Origin: the human T2T-CHM13v2.0 reference genome, Homo sapiens
Length of the DNA: 64,000 bases
Strand: one strand, 5' to 3'
Assembly (NCBI RefSeq): GCF_009914755.1
Contig: NC_060929.1
Shown piece by piece: positions 33,601 through 64,000 of this stretch (within the stretch, counting starts at the first letter, position 1; each line of letters starts with the position of its first letter). The notes below the pieces were generated by a model, which ran no database searches, was not told where the DNA came from, and saw only the letters and a list, made by a program, of their open reading frames with translations. The position numbers and the translations under genes were made by a program.

Positions 33601-34187
33601 TCCCTGAGTCGGTCCCCGAGTCAGTCCCCGGGCGCGGGGCTCGGTTGGGGGGGCCCGGAACCTTGGGCTGGTTTCACGCAAATCCGTTTGGGGCGAGCCT
33701 CGGTTTCCCGGCAGCGGTGGGAAAGGGCGCGAGCGGCCAGCCATGGCGCGCGGACCCTTCCCGCCGGCGGCGTCACAGCGGCGTCTCCTCCTGCTCCAGC
33801 GCGTGCGGCGGTGCGTGGCACGAGGGCGGCAGCGACGCCAGCTTCAGCAGCGCGGGGCGGCGGCGCGCGCGAGGCCGCTGGAACGAGCGCCGGCTGTGCA
33901 CGCGGCGCGCCGCCGCCGAACGCGCGTGCGCACTCGGCAGCCCCCGGCGCTCCGGCCCCGCCCCCGGCGCAGGCCCCGCCCCCGGCTCGCCCTCGGGCGG
34001 CTCTGCGGGCGCAGGCGCGGCACTCTCGGAGTTCTGCGCAGGCGCTGGCGTGGGCGAGGCGGGGCTCGGGGCTCGCGGTCGCTGTAGCCGCGCGGGGATC
34101 TGGGGTTTCTCTGGGACAGCGGCGGCGGCGGTGGGCGGACCGTGGCGCGGGGACGAGCGGCCGGTTAGCGGCGTGTCGGAGCCGGTG

Positions 34188-52210
<18,023 letters not shown>

Positions 52211-55119
52211 AGGTGATCAGGTCCCACAGGGCTCAGAGCTGCAGGCATCTAAGACCTCCCCCGACTTTTCAGGGAGCCCAAGAGGGCTGGGAACGAGGAG
52301 AGTGCAGGGGCAGCTGCTGGAGCCCCCAGAAGGGAGTCAGTTGGAGGAGGGAGCCGGTGCTATGGGGTGGAGGCCCGTGCTGGATGGACGGTGGTCGGGG
52401 GGGGGCCTCTGACCTGCCGCCCCACCGCCCGGCTGGTTCTGGTCCCCCGGACCCCCAACTCGCTCTGTGCCTTTTGCCTTGGTGACCAAGGTCTGAGCTC
52501 ACCCTGTCCCTGACGTTGTGGCCAGAGCCTGCTCCCACTTGAGTCTGGCTGTGTTTCAGACCCCTCCGGAGGGGCCCCATGGAGGCTGTGGCCCCCCCTC
52601 CTCGTGCCCCTCTCCTGGGATCACAGCCCCTGGGTGGGGCCTTCTAGGAAGAGTCTCTGGGTCCCGCCACTCCACTCCGCACGGGTGAGCTTAAGGGTGG
52701 ACAGCAGGTCCTGGGGACCCCCCGTGGAGCTTCACCCCGTCCCCCAGCACCATCGCCCCTGCCAGGACCTCAGAGGCTCTGCCCGGCCCTGTGGGTGGGG
52801 GTGCAGGCACCAACCTATCTGGGCCATGTCTCCTGTGTTTTAGTTGGACTCAGAAAAAAAAAAAAAAGGTGATGAGAATTCCTGCGCTCGGCCTGATTTC
52901 AAAATAGCGGGAAGCCTGACAAATGAGGTGCGTCCTCCGGCTTCGGTGATGTAAGGGATAATGAGCTTCTTCATTCCCTCAGCTGCTGGTTATTAAGTCT
53001 TCTTTGAAATTCAAAGGAAAGTTGTCTCCTGAGATGGCCAAGACCCCATTTAAGCACAGAGCAGCGGGAGCGGGGAGGCTCCCTCCACACCACCCGCCCC
53101 CGAAGAATGTGTCAGCACAGCTGGAGGGGCGGTGGAGGCAGTGGCCACGTCCCACCCTTCCCGACTGCGTGGCCCTGACGAGCTCGGCCCTCCCTGCCTG
53201 TTTTCTCCCTTGTAATTACGGAGCTCTTGCAGGGCCGGGTGCTGGCCCAGAGTAGGGAGGTGCTGTTCTGGATTTGCCGTTCCTTCCCCGAGGATGGTCT
53301 TACACCAAATACCACGGGTGGCATGGGCCCCTCTAGGGAGGGTGGCAGGCACAAGCTCCGCACCTGCCCGGCCACCAGCACTGCACTGCGGTCTCCCGAC
53401 CCTGTCCCCAGGACAGCGGCTCTGCCTGCTGCTCCAGATTCCAAAACACCAGCCCCGGGAGGGATCGGGGTTCAGAGGCTCCTGCTTTCAGGATGGGAGG
53501 TCTTGCTGTGGAGCCCCCGTCCCCACCATGTGCCCCACAGGCTCTCTGAGCCCCCCGACGGCTCCCCCACTCCGGGCTGCACATCCTGCACAGATCTGAG
53601 CTCCACACCTGTCAGGCAGGGCAGCAGGGGTTGGCCCGGGGAGGCTGGAACCACGCGACAGTGATAACCAAACCAGGGGAGGGCATGGCCTGCAATGAGG
53701 GAGGGCCTGGCCTGGAATGAGGGAGGGAGGCTGTCCCTGGGGAACACGGAGGGTGAGCTCCCTGGAGTCCTCGGGGCCCCGCTCAGAGCTGGCCTGCAGG
53801 GTCCCGTCTGCTCCAGCTTTCAGCAGGAGAGCATCCGTAGGGTTGACCTTGCTCTCTCCCCACAGCTCTCCCTTCTCTAGAAGGTGCTCCCCAGCTGGGA
53901 GTGGCTGTGATGCACGTGAGAAGTCCTGGGACCCTAACGCGTGCCCCGACAGCCCCGTCCTCAGCAGCGCCCTCCCCAGATCTGGGCTCACGGGGCTGGC
54001 AGCCCAGCAGGAAAACAGGGGCCCCTCTTCTCTGGGCTCCACGGCCTGGTCCCTGTGGTGGCCAGGGACAGACCTGGCCTCGCAGAGCTTTGGGAAGAGA
54101 CATGGGTGGCCTTCCGGGCCTGCAAGGGGAAGGCTGTGGCCTCTGCTCAGGGCAGCCTGGGACCCCCTCCACAGCCGGGACTCAGCAGGTTCTAGGCTGG
54201 CATGGGAGTCTGCACACTAAGGGCTCCGAGGCCTTTGGGAGTCCTGCTGGGGGTCCCTATGGTGCAGGAAGGCCTGGGGCAGGTGTTCCCACCTCTGCAG
54301 CCTCCTGATTTTTTTAATAATGTCCAGAGAGAAGTGGAGTTTACCACTTCCTTCCTTTCTTCCTGAGGGCTGTAAATCCCCGCCTTGGTGTCCCAAGCTG
54401 TGTTAGGAAGACCAGGGTGGTCTGTGCCCGGTGCCGGCGCCTGCCCACCCGCAGGCTGACCCGCGCCTCTCACATCTGTCCTTGGCGACGTCGTCACCTC
54501 TGCTGCTGGCGACGAGTGCCTAGCAAAGCCCGGCACAGCCGTGGTGATGGCGACCCCCTGGAGGCTGCCCAGCCGCTGGCGAGACCCACCCAGGCCGCTG
54601 TTTTCTACACGATGCACGTTCTTTGCCTCTGCCCACGTCCCAGGCTGGCTCCTGGAGGGGTAATCGGCTCACCTGTCCTCCTCTTTTCAGGGTCACAAGA
54701 CCTGGGAGATGGTATTTGTCCAATAGCGCTTGTGGAGCAGCCAGCGGGGCACGTGTGGCCCCTCGGTGCCCGCCGGCACGTGGGCTGCTTTGAGGATAAA
54801 ATCCAGCGACCACAGAGACCGCGTGTCCCCAGGTGGGGGGGCGCCGTGGCCGCAGGTCAGACCTGGGAAGCAGCGGGAGTCTCGGAGCTCCTGGACGCCC
54901 TCACCCTTGGTGGCTGCCGACACTTGGCCCGGGGTCTTTTTGTTGAGGGTTAGGGTCTTTCAGCCACAGTCTTCCAAAATTAGGTTCACAGCGATCACCA
55001 CTGTTGTGAAGCCACCCCAGACAACCGCGGGCCAGCAAGTCAGGGACACAGGGACACAGGGACCAGCTTTGTCTTTAAAAACAACAACGCAACTCTGTGC
55101 CCTGGGGACTCACAGTGCT

Positions 55120-55815
55120 CCGCGCCATCGCCGACCCTCCCCACGCTCCACTCCCCGCGCCATCGCCGACCCTCCCCACGCTCCACTCCCCGCGCCATCG
55201 CCGACCCTCCCCACGCTCCACTCCCCGCGCCATCGCCGACCCTCCCCACGCTCCACTCCCCGCGCCATCGCCGACCCTCCCCACGCTCCACTCCCCGCGC
55301 CATCGCCGACCCTCCCCACGCTCCACTCCCCGCGCCATCGCCGACCCTCCCCACGCTCCACTCCCCGCGCCATCGCCGACCCTCCCCACGCTCCACTCCC
55401 CGCGCCATCGCCGACCCTCCCCACGCTCCACTCCCCGCGCCATCGCCGACCCTCCCCACGCTCCACTCCCCGCGCCATCGCCGACCCTCCCCACGCTCCA
55501 CTCCCCGCGCCATCGCCGACCCTCCCCACGCTCCACTCCCCGCGCCATCGCCGACCCTCCCCACGCTCCACTCCCCGCGCCATCGCCGACCCTCCCCACG
55601 CTCCACTCCCCGCGCCATCGCCGACCCTCCCCACGCTCCACTCCCCGCGCCATCGCCGACCCTCCCCACGCTCCACTCCCCGCGCCATCGCCGACCCTCC
55701 CCACGCTCCACTCCCCGCGCCATCGCCGACCCTCCCCACGCTCCACTCCCCGCGCCATCGCCGACCCTCCCCACGCTCCACTCCCCGCGCCATCGCCGAC
55801 CCTCCCCACGCTCCA
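55120..55815. repeat. Perfect 35-bp CpG-rich minisatellite, ~20 copies
   Basis: ccgcgccatcgccgaccctccccacgctccactcc; no variant unit seen. Confidence 0.98.
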
Positions 55816-56299
55816 GTGAGGCCGCTGGTTACTGTAAAAGCCTGTTAACTGGGACACTGGTGGGTGAGGGACAGGCTGGCTTCAGACCAAACACTCCTGC
55901 TCAGAAGTAAGCCCTTAAAATCCACAGAAAACATCCTCTGACCTTGGTAGTTACTGAGAAAATATACATATATACGCACAAACGCCGCATAGGTGGGAGG
56001 GCGGCGGTTTGGAACATTCTGCCATCCGGGGTTGGAAAGGGTGTTGGACACGCCTTTCCCATGTGCGGTGGCGTCCGAGGGCAGCTCCTGCAGTCTTCAG
56101 GGTGTGTGTGTGTTGAGAGCTCACCTGTGTCCTCCTGCATGGGACATGCCGTCCCACCTGCCCACGGGGGAGGAGCCGCACCCATCCCCACCGGCCAGGC
56201 AGGCGTGAGCCACATCTCCTGAGGGGCCCAACCTAACAGCCTCTGACGACCTGTGGGTGACGCGTGAACGACCCCGTTCTGTGAAAGTGTCGGCTTGCT

Positions 56300-56545
56300 C
56301 CCCTACCGGGCACTGATCCTTTCCTATTGACACGAGGTTCTTCGTAAGCTGGAAAATCCAGCCTTTGCTTATGTCTTCAGCGGCAGGTAGATTTTCACTT
56401 TCAAAAATGTTGCTCTCATCTTTCCACTTTGTCTTCTGTCATTTTGCTCCATGCGAACGTCTTTTCTTTTTATAGTTAAATTTATTGGTCTTTTGTTTTA
56501 TGGCTTCTGAGTTTTGTGTTATACTTAACAAAGCCATTCCTGCTC
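56300..56545 (-). mobile_element. Old L1 fragment
   Basis: T-rich ttttatggcttctgagttttgtgttatactt. Confidence 0.55.
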
Positions 56546-56606
56546 ATGTTTCCTGCTAAATTTTTTAGCAGGAAAAATAAAGGCACTCAATTAAATTTTC
56601 CTTGAA

Positions 56607-56911
<305 letters not shown>

Positions 56912-57545
56912 TTACTTGAATTTAACAGAGAAAATAGTTAAAAATAGTTGCAACTCAGAAGGCCCTGCTAGCCTCAGAGAGACAGTCTTTCCACACAGAT
57001 GTCTGTTCTTGAAATCCCCGAGCCTGGAAGTGGATCTGGGTGGCACTGGTGGGTGCTCCCGGTGCCCAGGCCGCTGCCCCGCAGGTGCCCCTCAAGTCAC
57101 ACCACTGCTCTGCCTCGGGCGACACGGTGCACTGGCCGAATTCCCTCCAGGTGCAGGAGTCGACGCCCCCCACTGCCCTCGAAACCTGGTTTCTCTGCTC
57201 CCGGGTCTCAAATCCGGGTTCTTCCCTTGACAGCTGGCGTCCACCCTCGAGCATTTGCGAATGTCAGGCTGACACCTGTGTCTGAGCCTGTCTGGGCACC
57301 GGGACTGCTGTGAAGGACACAGTCAGCCGGACTTTGCTTAGTTCACCTGTCGGAGCCACTCGTTCACGTTTATCTCTGTCTGGTTGTCAGAATAAATTGT
57401 TTCCAACCAGGAAACAAGGATATCTCTTAACACAATTGTTCTATTCTTTGGTTATTCCTCCACTTCAAAGAAGCTTCCTGAAGCTTCCAGATCCCCTGCA
57501 GCCCCCCTGAGCCGCTGACCCTGACCCCTGGGAGTGAAGCCTCAT

Positions 57546-57772
57546 CTGCCCCTGTCCTGGGTGGGGTCGCCCGGCCGCATCCCCAGCCTCTGCCCCTGTC
57601 CCGGGTGGGGTCGCCCGGCCGCATCCCCAGCCTCTGCCCCTGTCCCGGGTGGGGTCGCCCGGCCGCATCCCCAGCCTCTGCCCCTGTCCCGGGTGGGGTC
57701 GCCCGGCCGCATCCCCAGCCTCTGCCCCTGTCCCGGGTGGGGTCGCCCGGCCGCATCCCCAGCCTCTGCCCT
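57546..57772. repeat. 44-bp minisatellite, 5 copies
   Basis: ctgcccctgtcccgggtggggtcgcccggccgcatccccagcct. Confidence 0.96.
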
Positions 57773-58253
57773 CCGACAACTCAGGCACCTGCTGGTCAGC
57801 TATGAAGCCTTAGCCTCGCTTGTGGGAGTCCCTGCCTCACGGATGCCGGCCTCCTGCCTCGGCCACCGCCCTCCTCTTCAAGGATGCTGTTTTGCCTCTG
57901 GTCGCTCTATCTTATCTTTTTTCTCCGCACTCCTGGACGTCTCTCGGACCTTTCGCTCTGACAGTGGCTTGAGCCTCGGCCGCCACTTCCGCCCCTGCTA
58001 CTTCGGGGCCACGTCTCGGTCCGACGCTGAGGGGTGCTGCCAACCGTGTCTTCTCTGTGAACGTCCTCACGATGAACGCCCCCGTTCCACTTCCCACCCT
58101 GGAGCTGCTGCTTCCGTGACTCACATTCCGGCCATTTCCGTGGTGTGAGGTACGGGCGGGACTCCTTCTGCTTCTTGTCACACTTGTCCCGGGCTGGGCT
58201 CTTCCCCGCCAGCCCCACTTCCTGCCTTCCAGCATCAGTCCAGCCACTGAGCC

Positions 58254-58544
58254 CTTTTCTTTTGAGACATCATCTCGTTCTGTCACCTGGACTGGAGTGC
58301 AGCGGCACCACCTCGGCTCACTGCAACCTCCGCCTCCTGGGTTCAAGCGATTCTCCTGCCTCAGCCTCTGAGTAGCTGGGATTACAGGCGTGCGCCACCA
58401 TGCCCAGCAAATTTTTGTATTTTTTGTAGAGATGGAGTTTCACCATGCTGGCCAGGCTGGTCTTAAACTCCTGGGGTCAAGCGACACGCCCACCTCGGTC
58501 GTCCACAGTGCTGGGATCACAGGCGTGAGCCACCGTGCCTGGCC
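58254..58544 (-). mobile_element. Alu
   Basis: Antisense dimer. Confidence 0.93.
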
Positions 58545-60307
58545 AACCGTGTCTTCTCCCCTTGCTTGTGCCCGCCGTGGAAGGTTCTGTGGACATTCTC
58601 TGCACAACCCCGCTTTGGGAAGAGTGCCCCTGCTGGCCTCGGCTGCCTCTCCTGGGGTGTGTCTCCCTGCTGAGCTGGCTTTGGGTGGGACACTGCTTTC
58701 TACCCATTCTCCTGTGGCAGAGGAGTCCTGCAGCGTCTCCTCTGGTATCGGATGGCAGTTTCACCCCAGCCAGGGTGGGGGGTCTCCTGGGCTTCTGCTT
58801 CTTCCTCCTGAGGAGGTGCCAAGGCCAGGCCTCTCCTTGGTGACCCTGCATCTCCCTGGTTTGGGACACTGGACTGGGGACCAAGAGAGGGGAAGGGTCT
58901 CGTTCTCATCTTCTCCTGAAACCAGGGGCTCTGCGGTTGATGGAAGTCCTCAGAGGGCGTCCTCAGCCTGGGGCTGGTCTGCTCCACACGGCTTTTCCCA
59001 AGGACCCATGGCCTCCTCTTGAACGGCAGTCTGCATTGTAATTAGCTGGTGAAACCAAGAACTCAATTGGTTTTAAGAGGCAATTTGCTAGTAGTTTGGC
59101 AATTAAGCACACAATGGACGTTTGGGAGCCAAGTCCCTGTGCTGTGAGCCCTGCAGGGTCCAGTTCCTGCTGCCAGTCGGTATTGAGTGCCAGGGACTGG
59201 CCTGGCATGAGGGCCTGACCCGGGCAGTGCTGTCCACATGCACACAGCCGGGGCCACCCCGCTTTCTGGGGGCATCTGCCGGCACCAACCAGGCCTGGGC
59301 CTGTGGTTAGGGCCTGTTCCACAGACTCATTCCAGGCAAGGCGCTTACTTACTGCCACAATCTGCACGTTTTTAGGATGGGATGACGACACTTGGGTTCC
59401 AGGGTCCCTGTGTGGAAACGTCCCCACATGCTGGGCCGTCCTTCCTTCCTGTGCCCTCTGTCCGCCATCTCCAGACACCGCCCAGTGCCTGATGCCGTCT
59501 GCAGCTCCCTCTGGTCTGACAACCAGTCACTCCTGCTCCCTGGGGACACGTGGGCCCTCGAGGCTCTAGAACGGGAGGGAGGTGGCTGGCAGGGCCCGAG
59601 ATAATGCCAAGGTGGCTCCTAGAGACCTTGCATCTGCGCATAACGTCTCCGTAGATCAGCAGAAGGCCCAGCCACTCCCAGTCCAGGGTCCAGCCCCTCT
59701 GTAGGGGCCACTGCTCAAGCCAGCATGGCTACAGAGATACCATGGGAGTGTGGAGGGGCCACTGCACCTCAAAGAAGAAGGAACCCACAGCCCTGGGCCC
59801 CGTCGGAGCCACCACAGGCGCAGGGCACAGCCTCCTCGGCCCAGAGCTGTTGGGCAGGAGCTGCAGGGTGGCTGGGACGCAACAGGCAGCGACATCTTCA
59901 ACCTTCTACCAGAAGAGCCTCAGGTCCACCGCACTGACTGCGGCAACCCCGGCCCTGTGGGTTGAAAGGGCAGAGGGTGTCTGAGGCCTTAAGGAAATGA
60001 AGAGAATAGAACTCGCCCCATGGCACACACTGTGAGGGAACCAGGCGGTGTGGGACCCTCCCGAGACGCACTATGCAGAGCCTGGGCTCAGCCACACAAC
60101 TGCAGAAGCCAAACCACGAGAAGCTCCACAGACGGAACCGGCTTCCGGCACCACTGGGACACGCCACGAGGCTCCCCCAGCTAGGTGCACACACGGCATG
60201 CGACTGGCGTGGATCCCTGGTGAGAATGGAAGGGGGGGTGGCAGGAGACGGGGACGGGACCCTCCAGGGACACAGGAAACACACACCAAGCACGGAGAGG
60301 CCAGGCG

Positions 60308-60800
60308 GGCTGGTGTGGACAGGGGGCCAGTGTAGATGGGGCCAGTGTGGACGGGGCTGGTGTGGGAGGGGCTGGTGTGGATGGGTCAGTGTGGACACAG
60401 GGCCGGTGTGGACATGGGGTCAGTGTGGAAGGGGCCGGTGTGGATGGGGCAGGCGTGGATGGGGCTGGTGTGGACATGGGGCTAGTATGGATGGGGCTGG
60501 TGTGGATGGGGCCGTGTGGATGGGGCCAGTGTGGATGGGGCTGGTGGGTGTGGACGGGGCTGGTGTGGGCGGGGTCAGTGTGGACACAGGGCCAGTGTGG
60601 ACATGGGGTCAGTGTGGAAGGGGCTGGTGTGGATGGGGCAGGCGTGGATGGGGCTGGTGGGTGTGGACGGGGCTGGTGTGGATGGGGCCAGTGTGGACAC
60701 AGAGTCAGTGTGGACATGGGGTCGGTGTGGATGGGGCCGGTGTGGACATGGGGTCGGTGTGGACGAGGCTGGTGTGGACACGGGCCGGTGTGGACAGGGC
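60308..60800. repeat. Degenerate 15-17-bp G-rich repeat
   Basis: gtgtggatggggctg variants. Confidence 0.92.
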
Positions 60801-62552
60801 CAGGCCCTGAGTCCGCCTGCCACAGCCCGTGTGGCTTCCACACAAGGGGACAAACCTGGGGACACGCAGGCCCTCAGGTAACTGATTGCCGAGGCTGGAG
60901 AGTCACAGCTAATTAAGCACACAATGGCTTGGTGGCCTGATGGTTACGACAGGGGACAGACGCTTTTAGTTCTAATTACAAACCCTGTGCCTGGAGGAGG
61001 AAGGGCCGGCGCTGGCAAACCAGACATTTCCGGATGGGCGCCGGAAAGGGCTTCTCTCTGGGCCCCGGGGGGCTCAGGAAGGCCACGGCCCAATGCATGT
61101 CACACCCCTCGGAGCACAGAGGGACGGGGCTTGGTCAGGCCCAGGGCCTCCGCCACCTCCAAGGACCTTTCAAGGTGGCAGAGATTCAGCCGAGTCCACA
61201 AAAATGCAACAGCGCAGTCAATCCTGTGGTTTTACTTTAACAGGAACACGTCCCGGAGGATTAAACTCTGCCTCCCAGAAACAGCCTGGCTGAGCGGTGG
61301 GGCGGTGAGGCCAGGAAGGAGGGCGGAAGCACAGGTACCCACCCTCCCGGGGGACGAGGGGCCGGGGCATTCCACAGGCAGGCGCAGACACATGCAGGAA
61401 CACGTGCACGCACACAGAGACTCGCAGAGACGCAGAGACGTGCAGAGACACACAGAGGAGACACGCACAGGGTCCACCCTGTTCTCCTAGCACAGCTGTG
61501 GGTCTGAGTTCTCTGCCACCCGCCCCTGCAGGTCCAGCAGAGCTCGCCAGCACACTCTGACCTCAGTATCACTTTACCCGCCTGTGGGGCACCGGCGAGG
61601 AATCACGGTAAATGTGTCGGCCGTCAAGCCCAGGGCGGAGGTAAAGGTGCTCACGGAGGTCCGCCGTGCGGCCTGGCAGACGTGCCTGCGTGACCCCACG
61701 CGTCCCTGCCTGCGGGTGCAGTTCCCCGTGAGTACTCAGGTTGGCGTGGGACAGGGGAGCCGGCTCCCGGGGGCCACGCAGGAAGCCCCTCTCCGAGCGA
61801 GGCCGGGCCCCCGGGCCGGGAAGCTGCTTCCTGCCAGATGAAGTTCACACAGCTCCAAGAACAACAGCCCGTTCAGGACTGGACTCCCTGCGCTCAAGTC
61901 ACAAGGCGTTTTACACATTGTACATTTACAACACTCGAGCAAACCTGGTCGGTTTTTAAATTGAAACATGAATGTTGCCCACGGTTCCCTAGAGAATCAG
62001 GAGATCCTTCGACTCCAAACCACCCTGAGCAACCGCGCTGGGGCAAAATGAACGCAGCCTCTGAGCCAGCCACGGCCTCTGTCCAGGACGCTGGGCAGAC
62101 CCCACACCCCTTCCTCTCTGGGACCCAGCCGCTCCGGCCCCCCACCCCCAGAGACGGCCCAGGCCCCCTTATTAGCAGCGTGAGAACAGACAGACACAGG
62201 CAGGTCCCAAGCTGCCCACAGCAGAGGAAAGACCTGGATGCAGATCCCAGCTGCCACCACCTCAGGGCTTTGCTCAAAGCAGCAACAAGCTTCAGCTACC
62301 GCAGACCCAGCGGCGCCTACCAGGGGCCGCAGCGGAACACAGTCCCCGGCAAGACACCGGTCGCAACGTCCTGGGGCAACGGAAGTCACGAGACACGTGA
62401 AGTGGGAATGTGGCCCAGCTCAAATCAGAGGAGAACGCAAGATGGTCAGACCCTGGAATCAGCAGACAAGGGCCTAAAACAGCAGCTCAAGGATAGAAAA
62501 GAAACGTTCTCATAACCACTTAAAAAGGACAAGCCGCAGCGGTGGAGTGGAA

Positions 62553-63024
62553 CAGGGCTTGGCACATTTTTTCTTAAAGGCAGATTGTGAGTATTTTAGG
62601 TCCTGCAAGCTGCCAACAGGAGGATCACTTCATAACCACTCACTACCAGTGAGGCCGAAAGCCGCTGTAACGACACAGACGGGCGCCGAAAGCCGCCGTA
62701 ATGACACAGACGGGTGCTCAAAGCCGCCGTAACGACACAGACGGGCGCTGTGTTCCAGTGAAACTTTACCACTCACTACCAGTGAGGCCGAAAGCCGCCG
62801 TAACGACACAGATGGGCGCTGTGTTCCAGTGAAACTTTACCACTCACTACCACTGAGGCCGAAAGCTGCCGTAACGACACAGATGGGCGCTGTGTTCCAG
62901 TGAAACTTTACCACTCACTACCACTGAGGCCGAAAGCCGCTGTAACGACACAGATGGGCGTTCCAGTGAAACTTTATTTACAACAACCAGTGGCCGGCCC
63001 ACGGGCTGTAGTTTGCTGATGCCT
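62553..63024 (+). mobile_element. MER58A (hAT-Charlie) with internal tandem amplification
   Basis: cagggcttggcacattttttc...gtgaaactttatttacaac...gggctgtagtttgctgatgcct. Confidence 0.8.
62635..62976. repeat. 71-bp tandem repeat inside MER58A
   Basis: accactcactacc at 62635, 62768, 62839, 62910. Confidence 0.92.
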
Positions 63025-63234
63025 AAAATAGAACTTATCAAAGAGAACCAAGCAGAAACCCTAGAATCTCTGACATAAAAACTCAATGGATAGACTTACG
63101 AGCAGACAGAAATGACAGTAAAGAGAGTGAACTGGAAGACAGATCAGAAGAAATCATCCCATCGGAAGACCAAGGAGAAAAAATGGTTTTTAAAGTAACC
63201 AGAGCCTCAGTGGCCTGTGGGGCAAAATCAATAG

Positions 63235-63490
63235 CTTGTAGCCGCAGCACTTTGGGAGGCCAAGGCAGGAGGATCGCTTGAACCCAGGAGTTCAAGACCA
63301 GCCTGGGCAACACAGCAAAACCCCTTCTTGACAAAATAAATTAAAACATTAGCTGAGCCTGGTGGTTTGTGCCCATAGTCCCAGCTACTCAGGGGGCTGA
63401 GGCCAGAGGGTCCATTGAGCCTGGGCGGGTTGAGGCTGCACCCCAGTCTGGGTGACAGTGAGCGAGGCCCCCATCCTTGCCCAGAAAAAG
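63235..63490 (+). mobile_element. AluJ (5'-clipped, diverged)
   Basis: gcactttgggaggccaaggcaggaggatcgcttg. Confidence 0.88.
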
Positions 63491-64000
63491 GCCTGATATA
63501 TGTGTAGCTGGAGCTCTGGAAGGAAGGGAGAATGGGGCGGGGAAACCTTGAAGAGCGAATGGTAAAAAATGTCCCCAGTTTGGTGAAAGACACACATTTA
63601 TAGATTTGAGAAATTTTGCAAGCTCCAAGCAATGCAAGTACAGGGAAAATCCTGCCTGTGGGCACAGCACAGTCAGACTGCTGAAAATCAAAAACAAATG
63701 GAGAATCTTTCCATCTGTATAATGTGTGTGAGTTACCAATAAAGAACTTTCTTCTTGTTCCATGAAATGGGCAAGGAAGGCGTGTCCGCTGGAAATCTCA
63801 TCCACGGCTGTGGTTTCTCCTGAATCGGCGAATCGTCTGCGCGAGGCTGGGGCCTCTGGACAGAAGACTGGGCCCCCAGAGCTCTTGGGGGGTTCCCATC
63901 TTCACCCGGTGCCTGGATTCTCAGGGTCCCACCCACCCCCACCTTCCTCACACTTCACCCTCTCTTCTCTCTTGCCCTTATAAAATCATTCACTTCAAAG

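Larger units (their letters stand above)
62300..63710 (+). mobile_element. Old L1 ORF1 region with nested MER58A and AluJ
   Basis: gtgaactggaagacagatcagaagaaatcatcc and cagtttggtgaaagacacacatttatagattt, ORF1-like. Confidence 0.75.

Noticed and set aside
54730-55857. 227-372-aa repetitive ORFs on both strands
   Set aside because: They are translations of the stop-free 35-bp VNTR, with no exon structure.
60073-60922. Gly/Trp/Cys-rich and Pro/His-rich ORFs
   Set aside because: They are translations of the degenerate gtgtggatgggg repeat.
62770-62950. Hammerhead-ribozyme-like CTGAGGCCGAAAGCC
   Set aside because: Lacks the CUGANGA core and a correctly placed GAAA after stem II; explained as decayed MER58A.

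Overview
Human (or closely related primate) genomic DNA, recognisable as the GC-rich subtelomeric 5p15.33 locus. The + strand carries the complete EXOC3 (Sec6, exocyst) gene: 13 exons, with 12 coding exons that splice cleanly to 2238 nt (745 aa + stop). It is driven by a bidirectional CpG-island promoter shared with EXOC3-AS1/C5orf55. The - strand carries exons 2-17 of SLC9A3 (NHE3 Na+/H+ exchanger), convergent with EXOC3; exon 1 lies beyond the right edge. A second CpG island over the SLC9A3 last exon probably drives SLC9A3-AS1 (+) and PP7080/SLC9A3-OT1 (-). The window also holds about 15 Alus, old L1/L2/MIR fragments, MER2, MER58A, an MLT1-type LTR and an unusually dense set of minisatellites. 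I found no new protein-coding system. The most interesting signals are regulatory: (1) a protein-neutral last intron of SLC9A3 that carries a VNTR, (2) a 64-bp inverted repeat in SLC9A3 intron 2 that matches no repeat family I recognise, (3) a uORF whose stop overlaps the EXOC3 start codon, (4) a candidate 18-nt microexon and a poison splice donor in EXOC3, and (5) VNTRs built from transcription-factor-like motifs, two of which grew inside old transposons. Gene names, exon numbering and lncRNA identities come from recall of the locus, not a database search. Most other ORFs in the track are GC- or repeat-derived artefacts.
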